Below are positions 25,467 through 38,277 of a DNA stretch of 64,000 nucleotides, in pieces. The translations under genes and the position numbers were made by a program. The notes beneath the pieces were generated by a model, which was given only the letters and a program-made list of their open reading frames with translations, searched no databases and was not told where the DNA came from. The DNA comes from Aplysia californica (Eukaryota). The stretch is from the NCBI RefSeq assembly GCF_000002075.1, contig NW_004797365.1:896900-960899 (forward strand). The letters run 5' to 3'. Position 1 is the stretch's first letter. Each line of letters starts with the position of its first letter.

Positions 25467-26359
25467 CTGGGATACACAAAACAAGCATTGAAAATAAGAG
25501 ATTGTTTACAGAATCACCTTTCTATTCTTGTTAACATGTATTTTAGGGAAATGATATTGCATCCTGAATCCCCTGGGCAACAATTTGCCCTTCACCTTTA
25601 TCCACAAAAATGCACGTCATTTATGTCCCCATTTGAACTTTCCATAACATGCCTTTACAAAACAGTTTTATCATCTAAAAAAGCTATCTACAATAAGAGT
25701 CAAATCGGAGACTAAAAAGTAGAGACACATCACTGCTCGATTCAGGCGAGATTTGGGTCAGGCATCAGACGTCCAGTGAAAGTTTCAAGCTGTACAATTA
25801 TAGTCCATTTCTCTCAACCGATGAATCAAGGTGTTGTTTTCATAGTAAATTAAGTAAAAGCATTGGTCTGAATAGGTTTCAAACACCATTTCTCTTTCTT
25901 TTTCGTCAGGTCATACCCACATCCACACATGAAAAGTGCAGTCAGAACATTCTAGTCAAGATTTTGATGAAAAATTTAAAACATCCCATAGATCTACTTC
26001 AAAGTGGTGTAGTGCTGTTAATTGTACCAATTCCAAAATTAACTGCCATGATTTGGCCTTCTTTTCCTTCCCCAAGGATCCTTAAGGTGAGTTAATTTGA
26101 TTGGCGTTGCACGGTTTAATCAGAAATCACTTGCCATTGTCACCACATGGTTCGAGCTAGTTCTTAAGTATTGGTTATTATAATTTTACAAAACATGCTC
26201 TCGCTGTTTTTAACAACGATGATTATAAAACAATAGAGGAAAGAAGGTTGGCTTTATGTTGGTAATCCCTATGAAGATGTAGTTATGACGGAATATCAGG
26301 TTCATGATGAAGTAATTGTGAAGATGGAGATGATGGCAGTGATAGTGGTAGTGTCTCTC

Positions 26360-26730
26360 CCTGAAAATGGCATTAGTAAATCAAGTAAGGGGATTGGTCT
26401 GCCAGGCTCCTTTTTCATCTTGGCGAAGCAATATCCCTACATAAATGATGGTGGACTCACGATACCATCTAGTGTACTTCAACATAGCCTGCAAAGCGCG
26501 GAAACCGCTTTAGAGATAGCATCAACTCTCTAGGCGTTGCCACAGACGTGAGGTTCAGACTAGTCAAGAAGATGATCGACGCCACCCAGGAGATATCTTT
26601 TGACTGCCGGAGCGATAGGAAGTGCCCGCTGAAGTCCCTGTCCAATAACCTCTTCACTACCATCAGACTTCATCATTTTTTTAGGTGCCTCAACCGAGAC
26701 TCAGACTCTGGAGGCTACAAATTGGCTGTG
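26360..26730 (+). pseudogene. P-element/THAP9-like transposase C-terminal remnant
   Basis: FILAKQY...NDGGLTIPS...AETA and LFTTIRLHHFFRCLN resemble GGLxxPS and IRLxH motifs of P transposases; reading frame broken. Confidence 0.5.
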
Positions 26731-27094
26731 AGAAGGCTTCGCACATGTATAAAGAACAGTAAAATCAAGTCCTCTCTTATTTTGTTATATCAAATTAACA
26801 AATTAATGTTATATTACTACTGTCAAAGTTCCAATAAATACTGTGTGTTTCCTCTTTGTCAGTAGATCTATAATGAATAGGCCTGTCTGTTGGTCACATC
26901 CCTTATCCTTATTCCTGGCCTGCATCCCATTGCATTAGTGCACACAATACACCAAATCTTTTCTATTCATCTACTTCTTTTTCTTCTTCATTTTCTTCTT
27001 GTTCTTCTTGTTCTTCTTCTTTTTCTTCCTTCCCTGGAGCATCTACATTTGATGAATTTATTAATTAAACACGCATTTATTGATCAACCTCAGT

Positions 27095-27245
27095 TTAGTT
27101 TTAGTAAGAGTTTTATGGCACTTGCAACACAAAAAGGTCATATAAGTGCCGAAGAATAGATTCCGTGTTACAAGAGAGTAACATACACGAAAAAGAAGGA
27201 AGGGAGATAAAAATGACAGATGTTTGATAGGAAAGAAGGAGCCAA
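27095..27245 (-). mobile_element. LINE-type 3' tail fragment (family A)
   Basis: Homologous to 52620-52781. Confidence 0.7.
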
Positions 27246-28069
27246 CCACCCACTGATCAACCTCACCACACACCACTACTTAAGGCATATTATTAACTGA
27301 GATATGACTCCTCCCTCTGTCTCTGGTATTAACTATAGGACATAACAAGGGGGAGTGACTTCGAGAGAAACAGACCATAAAATGTACATTGTGAAACAGT
27401 TACTAGGAACTGAGTCTCTGATGGTGCGAATAGGGGCCAGCTGACGAGTGAAATATCTCTCATTAGTCATCTCCAGTCAAATCATGGATGTATGTCATTT
27501 CTAATTATAAGGTACAAAAGTGTTAGGGCCTCATCTAATTGTGACACAGGCTCTAGAAATGAGAAATCTTAATCTGAAAAATCATAATATACACTGCTTC
27601 CCACATCAAATACTCTGCAACTCTTGCAATCAAGACTTGACTCTAACCTCTTCAATCAAGCACACAGCAAGAGAGCAACAAAACAGAAGAACAAGTAGGT
27701 ACCAGAAACTAAATTTTCAAAGTAGCTGTATGCCAAATTTATCTGTTCCATTTAAAAGGCCTATATCCACTGAGCATTTTGGTATCATTCTTTAACCTCT
27801 CAGTCAATTTTAAAGAAAATGGTAGTTGCTTAAAATTTGGTAAAATTTGTTAAAGTCAGTCACTGGCTGCAACCCCATGTTTGACAGACATTAAAAGAGT
27901 ACCAAGTGCACTAAACATCTCCACATTAACAGAGTACAATCACTATAACAAATATATGGAGCCTAATTTTTTTCAAGACTGTGAGATCATTACAAATCAG
28001 TATTTTATCACTTCAAACACGATGATCTGTCGTTATTTCGACAAAAACAGAGCGAGTCGGCTTATACTG

Positions 28070-28653
28070 TAGTGTACCCCGTGTGCGGGGTCACATGCTT
28101 TCTGAGTCTCGCGGAAGGATTGATGTTAAATAATTCCAAGCTGATTACTTTATTCTAATAGAAAATAAACTGATCTTTTTATTAAAACATTTTTTAAGCC
28201 GGTATTTTACATATATTTGGTGTAAAAAATGATCTTTAAACATTTTGACAGCATTTTTAAAAGCTTTCTATTTAAATGCCGAAGGCCAAATATATATCAC
28301 GGGAAAGCCCGTTTAGAGCTCTACAGTTCTCCGCCAATGAAAAGACGGTATTCAATCATCGCTCATTCCGCGAAGCATATGAATGCACGCGTTTCAATTT
28401 TTTAACCGGCCGACCACGCATTCCGACCGCGAGGGGCTTCGCTTTCGTTGGCGATTCTCCAGCTCCTAATAATCGGACATATAAACAACTTACACCATTG
28501 TAACGAGGAAAAGCTGAACTTTTACAAGGTGTACGGCATTTGGTGTTTTATAGCGAAAGAGCAAAGAAACAGCGATCGGAATTACCCTGATTTCACCGAT
28601 ACCACGCGGTCGGAAGGCCGCGACTGCCCGCGAGGCCATGTTTACGCTACCTA
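28070..28653. mobile_element. Unclassified CpG-rich repeat
   Basis: End ggaaggccgcga...tgtttacgctaccta is shared with 3209-3240. Confidence 0.4.
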
Positions 28654-28871
28654 GAACAAGTCTCTTTCACAAGTCCATAGGGCTGAGGTAACATTTGAGC
28701 CTCAGGCACCTCCCAAGAACAAGTGACCACTAGACCAAAAATTGAGGGCGCAGAAGTCTACCACAGACGGGAAGAAAGGGAGTGAACAGACAAGTTTTTT
28801 TGTTTTTTTAATAATTATTATACTTTCATGAACCATTAGACCTCTACGGTTGGCTTTTCTATTTTCCTCAC

Positions 28872-29024
28872 CTTTGCAAACTTGAAAAAAGGCCTGGGAT
28901 CACTTCTGAAGAAATGAATATCAAACATCGCCTGAGGATCTGGAAGATTCGGGAAATCTTTTGCAAGCCTGGAGTACACTCCATCCCGGGAGCGGAAATC
29001 CGGAATCCCGCAGGACACAGACAC
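28872..29024 (-). CDS. SIRT1: SIRT1 coding exon 5
   Basis: VSVSCGIPDFRSRDG...PDPQAMFDI...PFFKFAK; cAG / GTgag. Confidence 0.97.
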
Positions 29025-29424
29025 CTGTGACCACAAGATGATATCATACCACTCAGTCATGAACTAGATTAAATCCTTTAAAGCTAGTAATGCATAGTTC
29101 TTTAATCTCTGCTTTTGAACTGCACATTTCATTTCTGCATGGGAGAAAAAATCAACCCTACCATGACAATGAATATTGCTCTTAGAACAAGCTCATGTTT
29201 ACTCTAACTGGTCACAAGTATGCAAGTGCACTAGATCAAATCTAAGAATAAATTAAGAATATAATACCAGAAAAAAACCCTACAAAACTGCCAATGACAA
29301 CAAATTGAATTCATATATGTCTTATAATGAAATACAACATTGAAAGTATTTTTAAGAATTTGGTGTTCTCTGTTCACAAACAGTAAATGAAACAATGGCT
29401 CAAACATTCACAGAAACAGCATAC

Positions 29425-29669
29425 CCCAGCTCCAGTCAATACAACGATCTTTTTGCAAGTCCTTAGAAGCCCGAGCACATCATCCAGAGTATTGATGTTG
29501 GGAAGCTTTTTGCGCTTTGGTGGTTCTGACACGATGTTGATGATTATTTTCCAAAGCATAATCGGGTCAAGACCATCAGGAATCATCGTACCAGAGGGAA
29601 CAAGCTCTTCCAAAATCTTCCTTGGACTCTTTCCTTGGCGCATTTGATCTTGAACCCAAGAAATAGGAC
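29425..29669 (-). CDS. SIRT1: SIRT1 coding exon 4
   Basis: (G)PISWVQDQM...SEPPKRKKLPNINTLDD...KKIVVLTGAG; AG/GT bounded. Confidence 0.95.
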
Positions 29670-31199
29670 CTGTACAAAGATTAAAGAAATTTCAATAAAT
29701 CAGTCCCTGCTACTGTCACTTCACACATTTCTCTCCCTCAACTTTATTTCAAGGGACCACTGATCGGCCTGCAGCACGGATCATTACATGTTTATTGTGT
29801 ACCACACACTGCACACTATGACTGACCTATCAGAGACACACAGTCAATTTATAAGATCAATCAAAAGTCTCTTTCACAAATCCTATTAACTCATTCGCTA
29901 GGCCAAGCCATGGGCAGCGGCACGGCTAAAGTGACTTCACTATGGCAAGCCGCCCCCGAAGGCCCAAGAACCGACCTATAATTTTAGCTCAAATTTTAAT
30001 CCAATCCACATATCCATGTTAAAATCGAGGTTATAATACGGTGACATCCGGGTCAAGCATTTCCACCAAAAATCGGAAGTTTTGATTCAGTGTTGAAACA
30101 CGAATTCGATGTTAGTTTATGTGACGTTTTATAGCGATGCCCAAAATATAGCATAGACACCAGTCTCAGTACTTTTAAACAACAAAATGTATCATTATTT
30201 TGCTTACTAAAGAAAAGTAGGACTCTTCTTTAGAATATTGATACTATATTTGTAAAATGGACTCGAATTGCCATTGCTCTGTTATTGAGAAATCAATATT
30301 TTTCAGTGCTAGACTCTAGACCTAGATCTAAATTGTCAAAATATTTTTCCTCCCAAAATCACCAGCCGAATTTTTGGTGAAATTACACAAAAAGTACCAC
30401 TCAACACATGTGCGGGTTTATTTCAAACGCAATTCTGAACAATTCCATGATGTAAGATACATGTGTTACTTTCTGTTTGTGAATGCATCTCATCCTTTTT
30501 TCAAGATCATAAACGTTTTGTTTTTTTTCATCGGATGTTAGGCTAGAGTAGAGGAGGTAGTCAGCGCTACCCTAAGCATAAAAAGTGACCTTGCGAGTCC
30601 CCGGTGAAAGGGGAGGTAACCGCACAATAACTGATGAGAAGAAAATTTCGTCTGCTATCGTTGGCCCAGCGCGCTATGCCTGCTTTGTTTGCCTGTCTCC
30701 CTCAGTAGTGGTATTTATGAGGCAAAGTGAGGGCGGGTATGTGCGGCAATGAGCGGGGGTGCGTGTACTTGCTTGAGGGTGGCGCGTTTTATGGAGGGGC
30801 TGCGTGCTAGGGTAGGGCGGGTCTTGCAACATGTCCTAATAACTTCTAAATTTGAATCTTATAGGCTAACGTATGATTTTCTAACCACAAAGCTGGAAAT
30901 ATTCTTACAAATTGCTCAAGAGTTAAGAGTTACAAAAGACACTCAGTTTTTATGTATAGCCAAAAGAGAAAGAAAACTAAAAATAACTGAAGCCAACACT
31001 TACAATGGAAACAGTAATCTATTAGTGAGTCTAGATAACTCTGAAAACCATTAATTAAATTACATAAAAACAGCAAAGTAGAGACATGTGGATCTAATTG
31101 CACATGGATAAACAAAGATATTGTTTACACTATTTGTATGAAAAAAATTGGGAAGGAGAGATTAGTCAGCACAGCAAAAGAGCTCAATGTCCATGGCAT

Positions 31200-32330
31200 C
31201 CAGGTCTTCCTGAGTCGTGTCACAAAGCATGCACTGGGTGAGCACTACTTATCCTGTAGTGGTGGCTCCACACCCAGCACAGTCAACCGTAATGTCCCCA
31301 CCATCGGAGCTGTTGTCGTAGGGCTCTTCTCCTGAGTCAGAGGCCACAACCAAAGCATTCATCTTCTTCTCTTGAATTCTCCTTTTCTTCTCCTCCTCTT
31401 TCTCCTTCTTTGCCTTCTCCCTTTGTTTTTTCTTCTCTTTTTGGCTTTCCTTCTTGTCTTTTGCTTGTGCTAGCTGTTCCATCTTTCTCTGCTCCCTTTG
31501 CTTCTTTCTCTCTCCCTTCTGCTGTTGTTCTTCTTCTGCCTTCCTCTTCTTTGTGAGTATCATCTCTTTATAGTCATTTTTCCACTGATGGACGGGGTAC
31601 TGTTGGTTGGGGCCTTCTAACGCCCTTGTTCTTTGAACAGGACGGAAATGTGAGTACCTTGTCGATGGTCATCTCCCCGGAGGAGGGCTGAGGTTCCAGG
31701 GCTCTTGCTGATGGCTGGGGGAGTGGAGGAGCCAGTTGTTCAATATTGTCCATCAGGCAGGACCATATGTTGTAGTTGGGGTCGATCTTGAGGTCCTATC
31801 CATTGTCATACCTCTTGAGGTACAGGTCCACCTTCTCCTCCCCAAGCTTAAAGTTCAAGGAGAATATTTCCTTGAGTCGCTGATGGCGAGTTTGTGACGT
31901 TGTGGATGGTTCAGAAGCAGAAGAGGTGGATGGGGCTGAGGCAGACGGGGTGGATGACAAGTGGATGGTAGGGGCAGGGGACCCTATGAAGGTGCAGCTG
32001 GGTTCAGCTTGTCACTTGTGAGGACAACGTCAGGGTTGTAGGGAAACAGCCCTTACTTGGTGAATCCCCTCAGGGCCGTTTTTAGCCGAGCTACTGTTGT
32101 CCAGACCTTCAATTCAGGACGCCGGCAAACGTCCTCAGTGTGGCGGATTTTGTGGTGTCCCTCACAAACTTCCTTACCCCCTCTCGCCACGCTGGCTTAA
32201 TAATGGCCCCGAAAAATGCCTGGTCCAGAGGCTGTGTCAGGTGGCTGGTGTGGGCCTTGATGCAATTTAATATTGCCCCGTTCTCGCTGCAGAAGTCTGA
32301 GACGCAATACCCCGCCTTACCAGACGCCAT
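31200..32330 (-). pseudogene. pogo/Tigger DDE_1 transposase remnant
   Basis: AHTSHLTQPLDQAFFG..KPAW (HTSH-QPLD motif), followed by a K/E coiled-coil and Cys-rich tail; frameshifts and stops. Confidence 0.8.
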
Positions 32331-32555
32331 GGCGGAACTGCGCGCCAACCCCCATCCATCCCCTCTGAGAGGCTGAGCGGCTCCGTGCTTTGCTTAGTAC
32401 TGATGCTACACGCACAACACACTGCTTTGTGTGTAGTACAAGTATACACATCTTCATAAAATGCATTGACAGCCTTACAACTGCAGGCCGATGCACTGTT
32501 AGAATACTTAATCAGCAAACCTGGAAATAATTTGCCTCTGTGTACGTGCAATAAG

Positions 32556-33244
32556 CTGTCCCCGTAGAATTACGCGATTGTGCAGCCGCACCGCGGCCGC
32601 GTTTTTTCGCGTAATTGTGAAACATTTGCTTAATTTTGGATACCCCGCGTTTTTTCACTTTTTTTCCACAAAACAATTAATTATCGCCTCGACATGTGAC
32701 TAAAGGGAAATAATCACCGTAATATAAGTCTCATTTAAGTGAAAAGTCGGTTGTTTCCCTTGTTAGAAGATCTTGGTTATGGGTCCCTTGAGCATGTTCA
32801 ATTTTTTAATCCATCAAAAGTTGTTGTTCTCAAGTCTGCTGATGATTCATGTTTGACAGGTGTCCTCGGTTTTAGTAATGTGCCAGCATCAGAGGTCCAG
32901 ATGTCCCTTTTTTTTCTTTTTACATTTTTCTTTCCTCTATAGATCTAGATCTAGATCTACAGCTGAAAATTACAGAGATTATATTATTTGGTTGTTTTTT
33001 TCTTACTGACTTGTATTGTTTTCTTTCCAAATACACAACAAATTATTGATACTCCGTAAAAAAATTTTCTGTACATAAAACATGAAAATCAGGAAAATTT
33101 GTGTAGAAAAAGTGCAAAACATGTCGCGAATGGTGTTAGAGTAACTTGCATAATTTTTGCATAATTTGGCTTTTTTTTGCATAATTTGGCCATCTAAATT
33201 TGCATAATTTGGCCATCTAAATTTGCATAATTCTACGGGAACAG
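32556..33244. mobile_element. MITE with 6-bp TSD nested in the 3.9-kb element
   Basis: AATAAG-CTGTCCCCGTAGAATTA ... TAATTCTACGGGAACAG-AATAAG. Confidence 0.85.
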
Positions 33245-33775
33245 AATAAGCGACCACGGTGACCTGCCAATAATCTTGTGCTACAAGAAAGGGTGCTGCC
33301 GGATGTTGATAAACACGGGAACGCTCTAGCATGTTTAAATTGGTTCATACTACAGGTTGTCGCGCTGACCCCTCTATCGCACAACGCCGCCGCTACTCTA
33401 TGATCAAAATGCCAAAAGTACAAATACTGCAAATTTTTCAACATTTTCCAGTTTTATTCATTTATGGTTATTTTGATGTTTCATTTGACTAGGTGCAAAC
33501 ATATTTTTTTTAGTTTCACCAAAGATGATTGATTTTTTATTTTCAAATTTTATCTGCATCCAAGCAAAATTATGTTGCATAATCACCTCTTACAGGAACC
33601 AAAGTTGAAAAATACACATATAAACATTACAGATGTATTCTACAAATCATACTAAAAATTTTGGTATGTGTTGATATTTATTTAATTTGGTGGCCCCAAA
33701 GACCTTTAAACAGCACACCAGTCACCATCTCATTTCGACCACCAGAAAAAAATTTGTTCACAAGCTCAAAATAAT

Positions 33776-33927
33776 ACGTAGCGAACGAGTTAAGGACATC
33801 TGCACTAAACATGTGAGCTGCCATGTTTTGGGGTCTTGACAGGTCAGATGGACGTAGCGAACGAGTTAAGGACATCTGCACTAAACATGTGAGCTGCCAT
33901 GTTTTGGGGTCTTGACAGGTCAGATGG
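33776..33927. repeat. Perfect 76-bp tandem duplication
   Basis: 33776-33851 is identical to 33852-33927. Confidence 0.95.
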
Positions 33928-34150
33928 GCGGCCACAACTCATACTATGAGCATGGTGTTGGGGAGGGGGGGGGGGGGGGATTTTAGCCTGACAGGCATGG
34001 AACGTCAGCAGAGGTTGTTTGTTCCTACGAGGATGTGCTGTAAGGAGCTGAACATCCCATTATATTGGAATGACAGGGTATAAAACAGGATGTTGCACAG
34101 AGGGTGCGAGGATGACCAAACCTCACAATGTAATGCGGAAAGCATAAAAA

Positions 34151-37100
34151 CATCCCTCAAAACACGTACTAGCGTAAGCCACATTTTGTTAGTTTTGCAG
34201 GAGAGACGTTTAAAGATTTGGGCGATTTTCACCATCCCATTAAGGCGTCAAATTGCCGACCCTGCCCTTAATATTTTGACATAACATGTGTGGGCCAACT
34301 ACTTTTCAATTGGCTAGAAGCATCTTTGTGAGATTAGTAGGTTTAGAAGGAAAAATGACCTTTTGTCCGATACGCTAGTACGTGCTACATCAATGAAAGC
34401 CTCAATGTGTGGCTTACGTTACTAGATTGTTGGATACGTTAGTAGGTGCTTTTGTATTCTAAAGCATAATGTGTTCATTGCGTGGCTTACGCCTAAATTG
34501 TAACTTCCAAATAACAATAAAAATACAAAGAAAGATCGATTTGGTTAAAAATTCAAGGGCTGTATTATCCGTAACTTAACAACAACTCGGAATATACAGA
34601 TGCCAACTGTACATGATAAAAAATCAACTTAAAATTAAATAATCACTGCAGCTATCTACTGCTTAAACAAACATTTCATTATGGACTATTCTTTACAGAA
34701 AATGTTATTATTATGTACCTACTCACATTTGTGAAACACTATCCTTTTTAATATGGGAAGCAGTACTTTACTAAAAACAAAACAAGCTACAAAAAACTTG
34801 AGCTAGTATGTGCTCACTAAATTTTCAAATTTGCAAAAACAAATAATAAAGAATTCAGGGAACATTTCTACTAGAGTTAGAGCTCCACTTAGGCTTATTG
34901 GGAACATGATCTTGCTGTAGAGATGTAAATTCAATTACATATTTCAAAGACTAATAAGCAGTAACTCAGAAATAGAGAAGAAAATGTGAAATCAAATACA
35001 TTTTGTGTCATTACTTGACTGCCATATACTTAAGCTGGAGTTGCACCTTAGCTAACAAAGTAGAATAGCTTCGTCCCAAAGGAAACCTTCGCAGCCAACT
35101 ACTCATGGGGCAAGGAAAGATAAAATGCTTTGTGCTCTTCCAGTTTAATTACTGGTGTGGGACCAGAACAGAGTGAAACCAAATCAGTGAATTTTTCTCT
35201 CGAAATGTTTGTTGGCCCTGAGTTCAGTTTCTGAAGTGCAAAGTCCTTTACACTATTCTTCAGTCTCTTGAGGGACAGGGTTTTGAATGAACAGTCAAAG
35301 TGGCTCGTCTTGTAGAAGACTTTATCTGGCTGTTCTTTAGTGACTCGCAGTTCCATGATATTGTTCCATGAAAATGTGTCTTCCGTATCAGATCGTGCGT
35401 CCAGGATTCTCAAGTCCTTTGATAAGCCTTTGAGATCCAGAAAGTCTTTAGACTGCATCTGATTCACCAGGTGAGGCTTTTGACTTCGAGTGAGAGACAC
35501 CACTGTTACTATCTGAGAAGGAAGGAACAAATCCCCAGCCCTCTTCAGGGCATGTCCTATTGCACTGTGTACAGAATCACCCTCGTTCTGACCATGGTTT
35601 GTTTCAGAGAACCTCAATGAAATCTCTTCAAGATTCACACTATTGTTCACAGCATACAACATCATCGAAGGCGTAATCGAATTTTTGTTCTGGCCACTGC
35701 ATCCAATGGCAAAAAGAAAAGCTTTTTTGATGCCACGGTCGTCATAAAATGTCAGGGCAAGGTGGACTGTAGTTGAAATTTCAGAGGGTTCACGTTTGCT
35801 TTGCGTTTCATCCCAAGTGAAGCAGTGACAATCTCTGTTAGCAATGTTATAGAAAGTCCGGTTGTAGTTCGACAATCATCTTTTGTAAAAGATGGCTCTG
35901 TCCTGAGACATAGGGGGGTAAACGACCTGCTGCAAATCAAAACTTGCACAGAGAATGTTTTCACTTTCCTGAGCTTCTTTCTTGCGTAGATCCTTTATTT
36001 CCCTGACCTTTTCTTTTTCTCCCACATGGATCTCAAACTTTCCCCTAAGACCAATCTTTGTTTCTTCATTTCCTTGGTGATAATTGACACAAAGAGAGCA
36101 CTGGTCTTTCTTGGGCTGGTGGATTTTTACTTTTAAATACATCGTTTTATGTAGTGAAGCTTGATGGCCTTGTCCTGGGTATCCATTCCTGGATGAACAT
36201 GTGGTACATGCTTGTGTACTCTTGTCCCAAATTCCTCTTCATTTTGGCTTCCTTCTATTTGTTTGATCTGAGTTTCTTTTCCTTTCTGACTTCTTTCTGA
36301 CTTTCCTCCACTGTGTACTGCTCGGGAACTGATCTTTGCATTCTTCCACCCCACTCATCAATGACTGTTTCCTTTGTCTGAAATTGATCGGGAGCATCAG
36401 TGTTCATATTTACACCAGCGGGAATCTTAGACTGTGAGGGCCTACCTACAACTTTTACATGTTGTTGATTTTTTCCTTTGACCTTCTTGTGCTTTTTTTC
36501 ATGTTGAACACACGATGCAATCTCTTCATTGAAATGATCAAAGCAAAGAAGGATTTCACAATCAGGACAAGCCACCCATACTTCAGCATTGCACCTTTTG
36601 ACCTCGCATGTTCCAGGATTGAATTCCGGATCGCCAAATGAGTCGTAGCCACACACTGACATTTCATCACTGTCTGCCTCAATAAGCAAATCAATGTCCT
36701 TGAAGCACATACGTGCATCTATTTGTCCCTTAAAGTTCTCAGTGGCAGTAGGACACCCATGACTTTCTGCAGTCTGTAAGCTTAAGACTTCACCACGGTT
36801 CTGAATGTCAATCAGAGTTTGAACAGTAGGGCTACATGTCAAAAAAAGAGTGGTTGTTCAGAGCGGGATCCCATTTGTAAACGAAGGACGAATAAAAAGG
36901 GACTTCAAGAAGTGGAGTCTGAGCCTTCATTGTCTCACACGAAGCACACTGCTCACGTGTGTAGTTTAGCTTGTCTTCCTGCTCTCTAGAAGCGCTGCAC
37001 GATGTTTTTTTGCCATAGGCTCAGTCCTGGCTGTGTGGGTTACGTTAGTATGTGCCATATAATAAAAACACAACAATGGGTCAAAGTGTACATCACGCAC

Positions 37101-37311
37101 TAGCGTAACCAACAGTGTGTTAGTACGTGCTGTATCTTTTTGTGGGCAAATGGGATACGTTCAAACTGGAATCGACTATATCTCAGCTATTTATTGCTCG
37201 ATTTCTACCATCTTTTGAGAGGATGTAGTATCAGATAAAGGGAATCGAGTGATTGCTCTAACTCGATTTCGGGTCAGATGTGGCTTACGCTAGTACGTGT
37301 TTAGAGGGACA
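34151..37311 (-). mobile_element. Sola (Sola1-like) DNA transposon, decayed
   Basis: ~33-bp TIR catccctcaaaacacgtactagcgtaagccacat / atgtggcttacgctagtacgtgtttagagggaca; AAAA on both flanks; transposase inside. Confidence 0.82.
35099..36142 (-). pseudogene. Sola-type DDD transposase pseudogene
   Basis: PKKDQC..C, FDLQQV, IFYKR*L..YN, W.E...EI, (D>I)GCSGQNKN, HGQNEGDSVHS; in-frame TGA at 35876-35878. Confidence 0.85.
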
Positions 37312-37507
37312 AAAATAGTACATGATGTAACTTAACTAAACTTTCAAAAAAGTCAACAAAACCCTCAGCAAACAAAAAATGTAACAAAAATAGTTTCACC
37401 TTCATGTTCTAAATATTAATGTCTTGATTCAATTCATACACAAGCCCAGCTGCCATGTCAATAAAAGTAATGCTTTAACAGTTGGATGACAAAGAGTAGA
37501 GATTTAC

Positions 37508-37607
37508 CTTGTACAGGTTGCCATGACTCTTGGCTTAAATCTGAGAAATCGCTGATTTCACTTGTGTTATCCATTGCATCATCAAAATTGTCTGAACAGT
37601 CAATTTT
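37508..37607 (-). CDS. SIRT1: SIRT1 coding exon 3
   Basis: tttcAG|AAAATTGAC...CAAG|GTaaa; KIDCSDNFDDAMDNTSEISDFSDLSQESWQPVQ, the acidic segment preceding GPxxWVQ. Confidence 0.85.
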
Positions 37608-38221
37608 CTGAAAACAAATAGTCAACAATGAGTTGGTACAAAACAAAAGTTTTAAAAAGAACAAAACTCACTGAAAAACTAAAAGCTTAATACACAGACC
37701 CTTATTGGTAGTACAAAATTTATTTTGGCCTCAATAATATCTATGGGACTCATCAAGCACTAGAATGAAACAACCTCATATTTCATCCACATCATTTAAG
37801 CGTGAGTTATATTTTATCAACATTCAATAATTTTAGCCCGCAAGTCTATGAGCTCACATTCAAAACTTGCTCCCACTTCCCACTCTTTCATTCCAGACTA
37901 CCACTCAAGTGACATTTTTGGTTCAGCAATTTAATGGATCGCCATTTAAAAGTGGCATTTTGAGGGTACTAATTTCGTCAGCCCCAATATAATCCACACC
38001 CTGGTCCTGTACATTTTCTACTTATTTTCACTCATATTAACATTCTCTGTTCCAATTACAAACACTTTGAGTGCTCAAAGAAACAAATCCTTCAATATTT
38101 ACTAAATTATTGCCATTTTGAAGGTTACACCTTTCACCGCCTGGGTGCATAAAAGTGTGAGATGCCTTCTATACTGAAAGAATTATAAAAGATTTGAACA
38201 GCATGCAACTTCAGAAAATAC

Positions 38222-38277
38222 CTGATTACTGTGCTCCTTGAAACAAGCATGGTCCTGGTTACTCTGAGAAGAAACAC
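38222..38277 (-). CDS. SIRT1: SIRT1 coding exon 2 (56 bp, not in ORF track)
   Basis: ttttgcttccAG|GTGTTTCT...AATCAG|GTatt; (G)VSSQSNQDHACFKEHSNQ; bridges a phase-1 donor to a phase-0 acceptor exactly. Confidence 0.75.

Larger units (their letters stand above)
29890..33789 (-). mobile_element. 3.9-kb TTAA-flanked DNA transposon containing a pogo-type DDE transposase remnant
   Basis: TTAA-CTCATTCGCTA ... TAGCGAACGAG-TTAA. Confidence 0.75.

Noticed and set aside
30631-30660. CTGATGAG hammerhead-like core (similar words at 5091 and 27441)
   Set aside because: No stem II closed by CGAAA, and no stem I/III pairing found.
31249-31563. K/E-rich ORF as an independent gene
   Set aside because: It is the C-terminal coiled-coil of the decayed pogo transposase.
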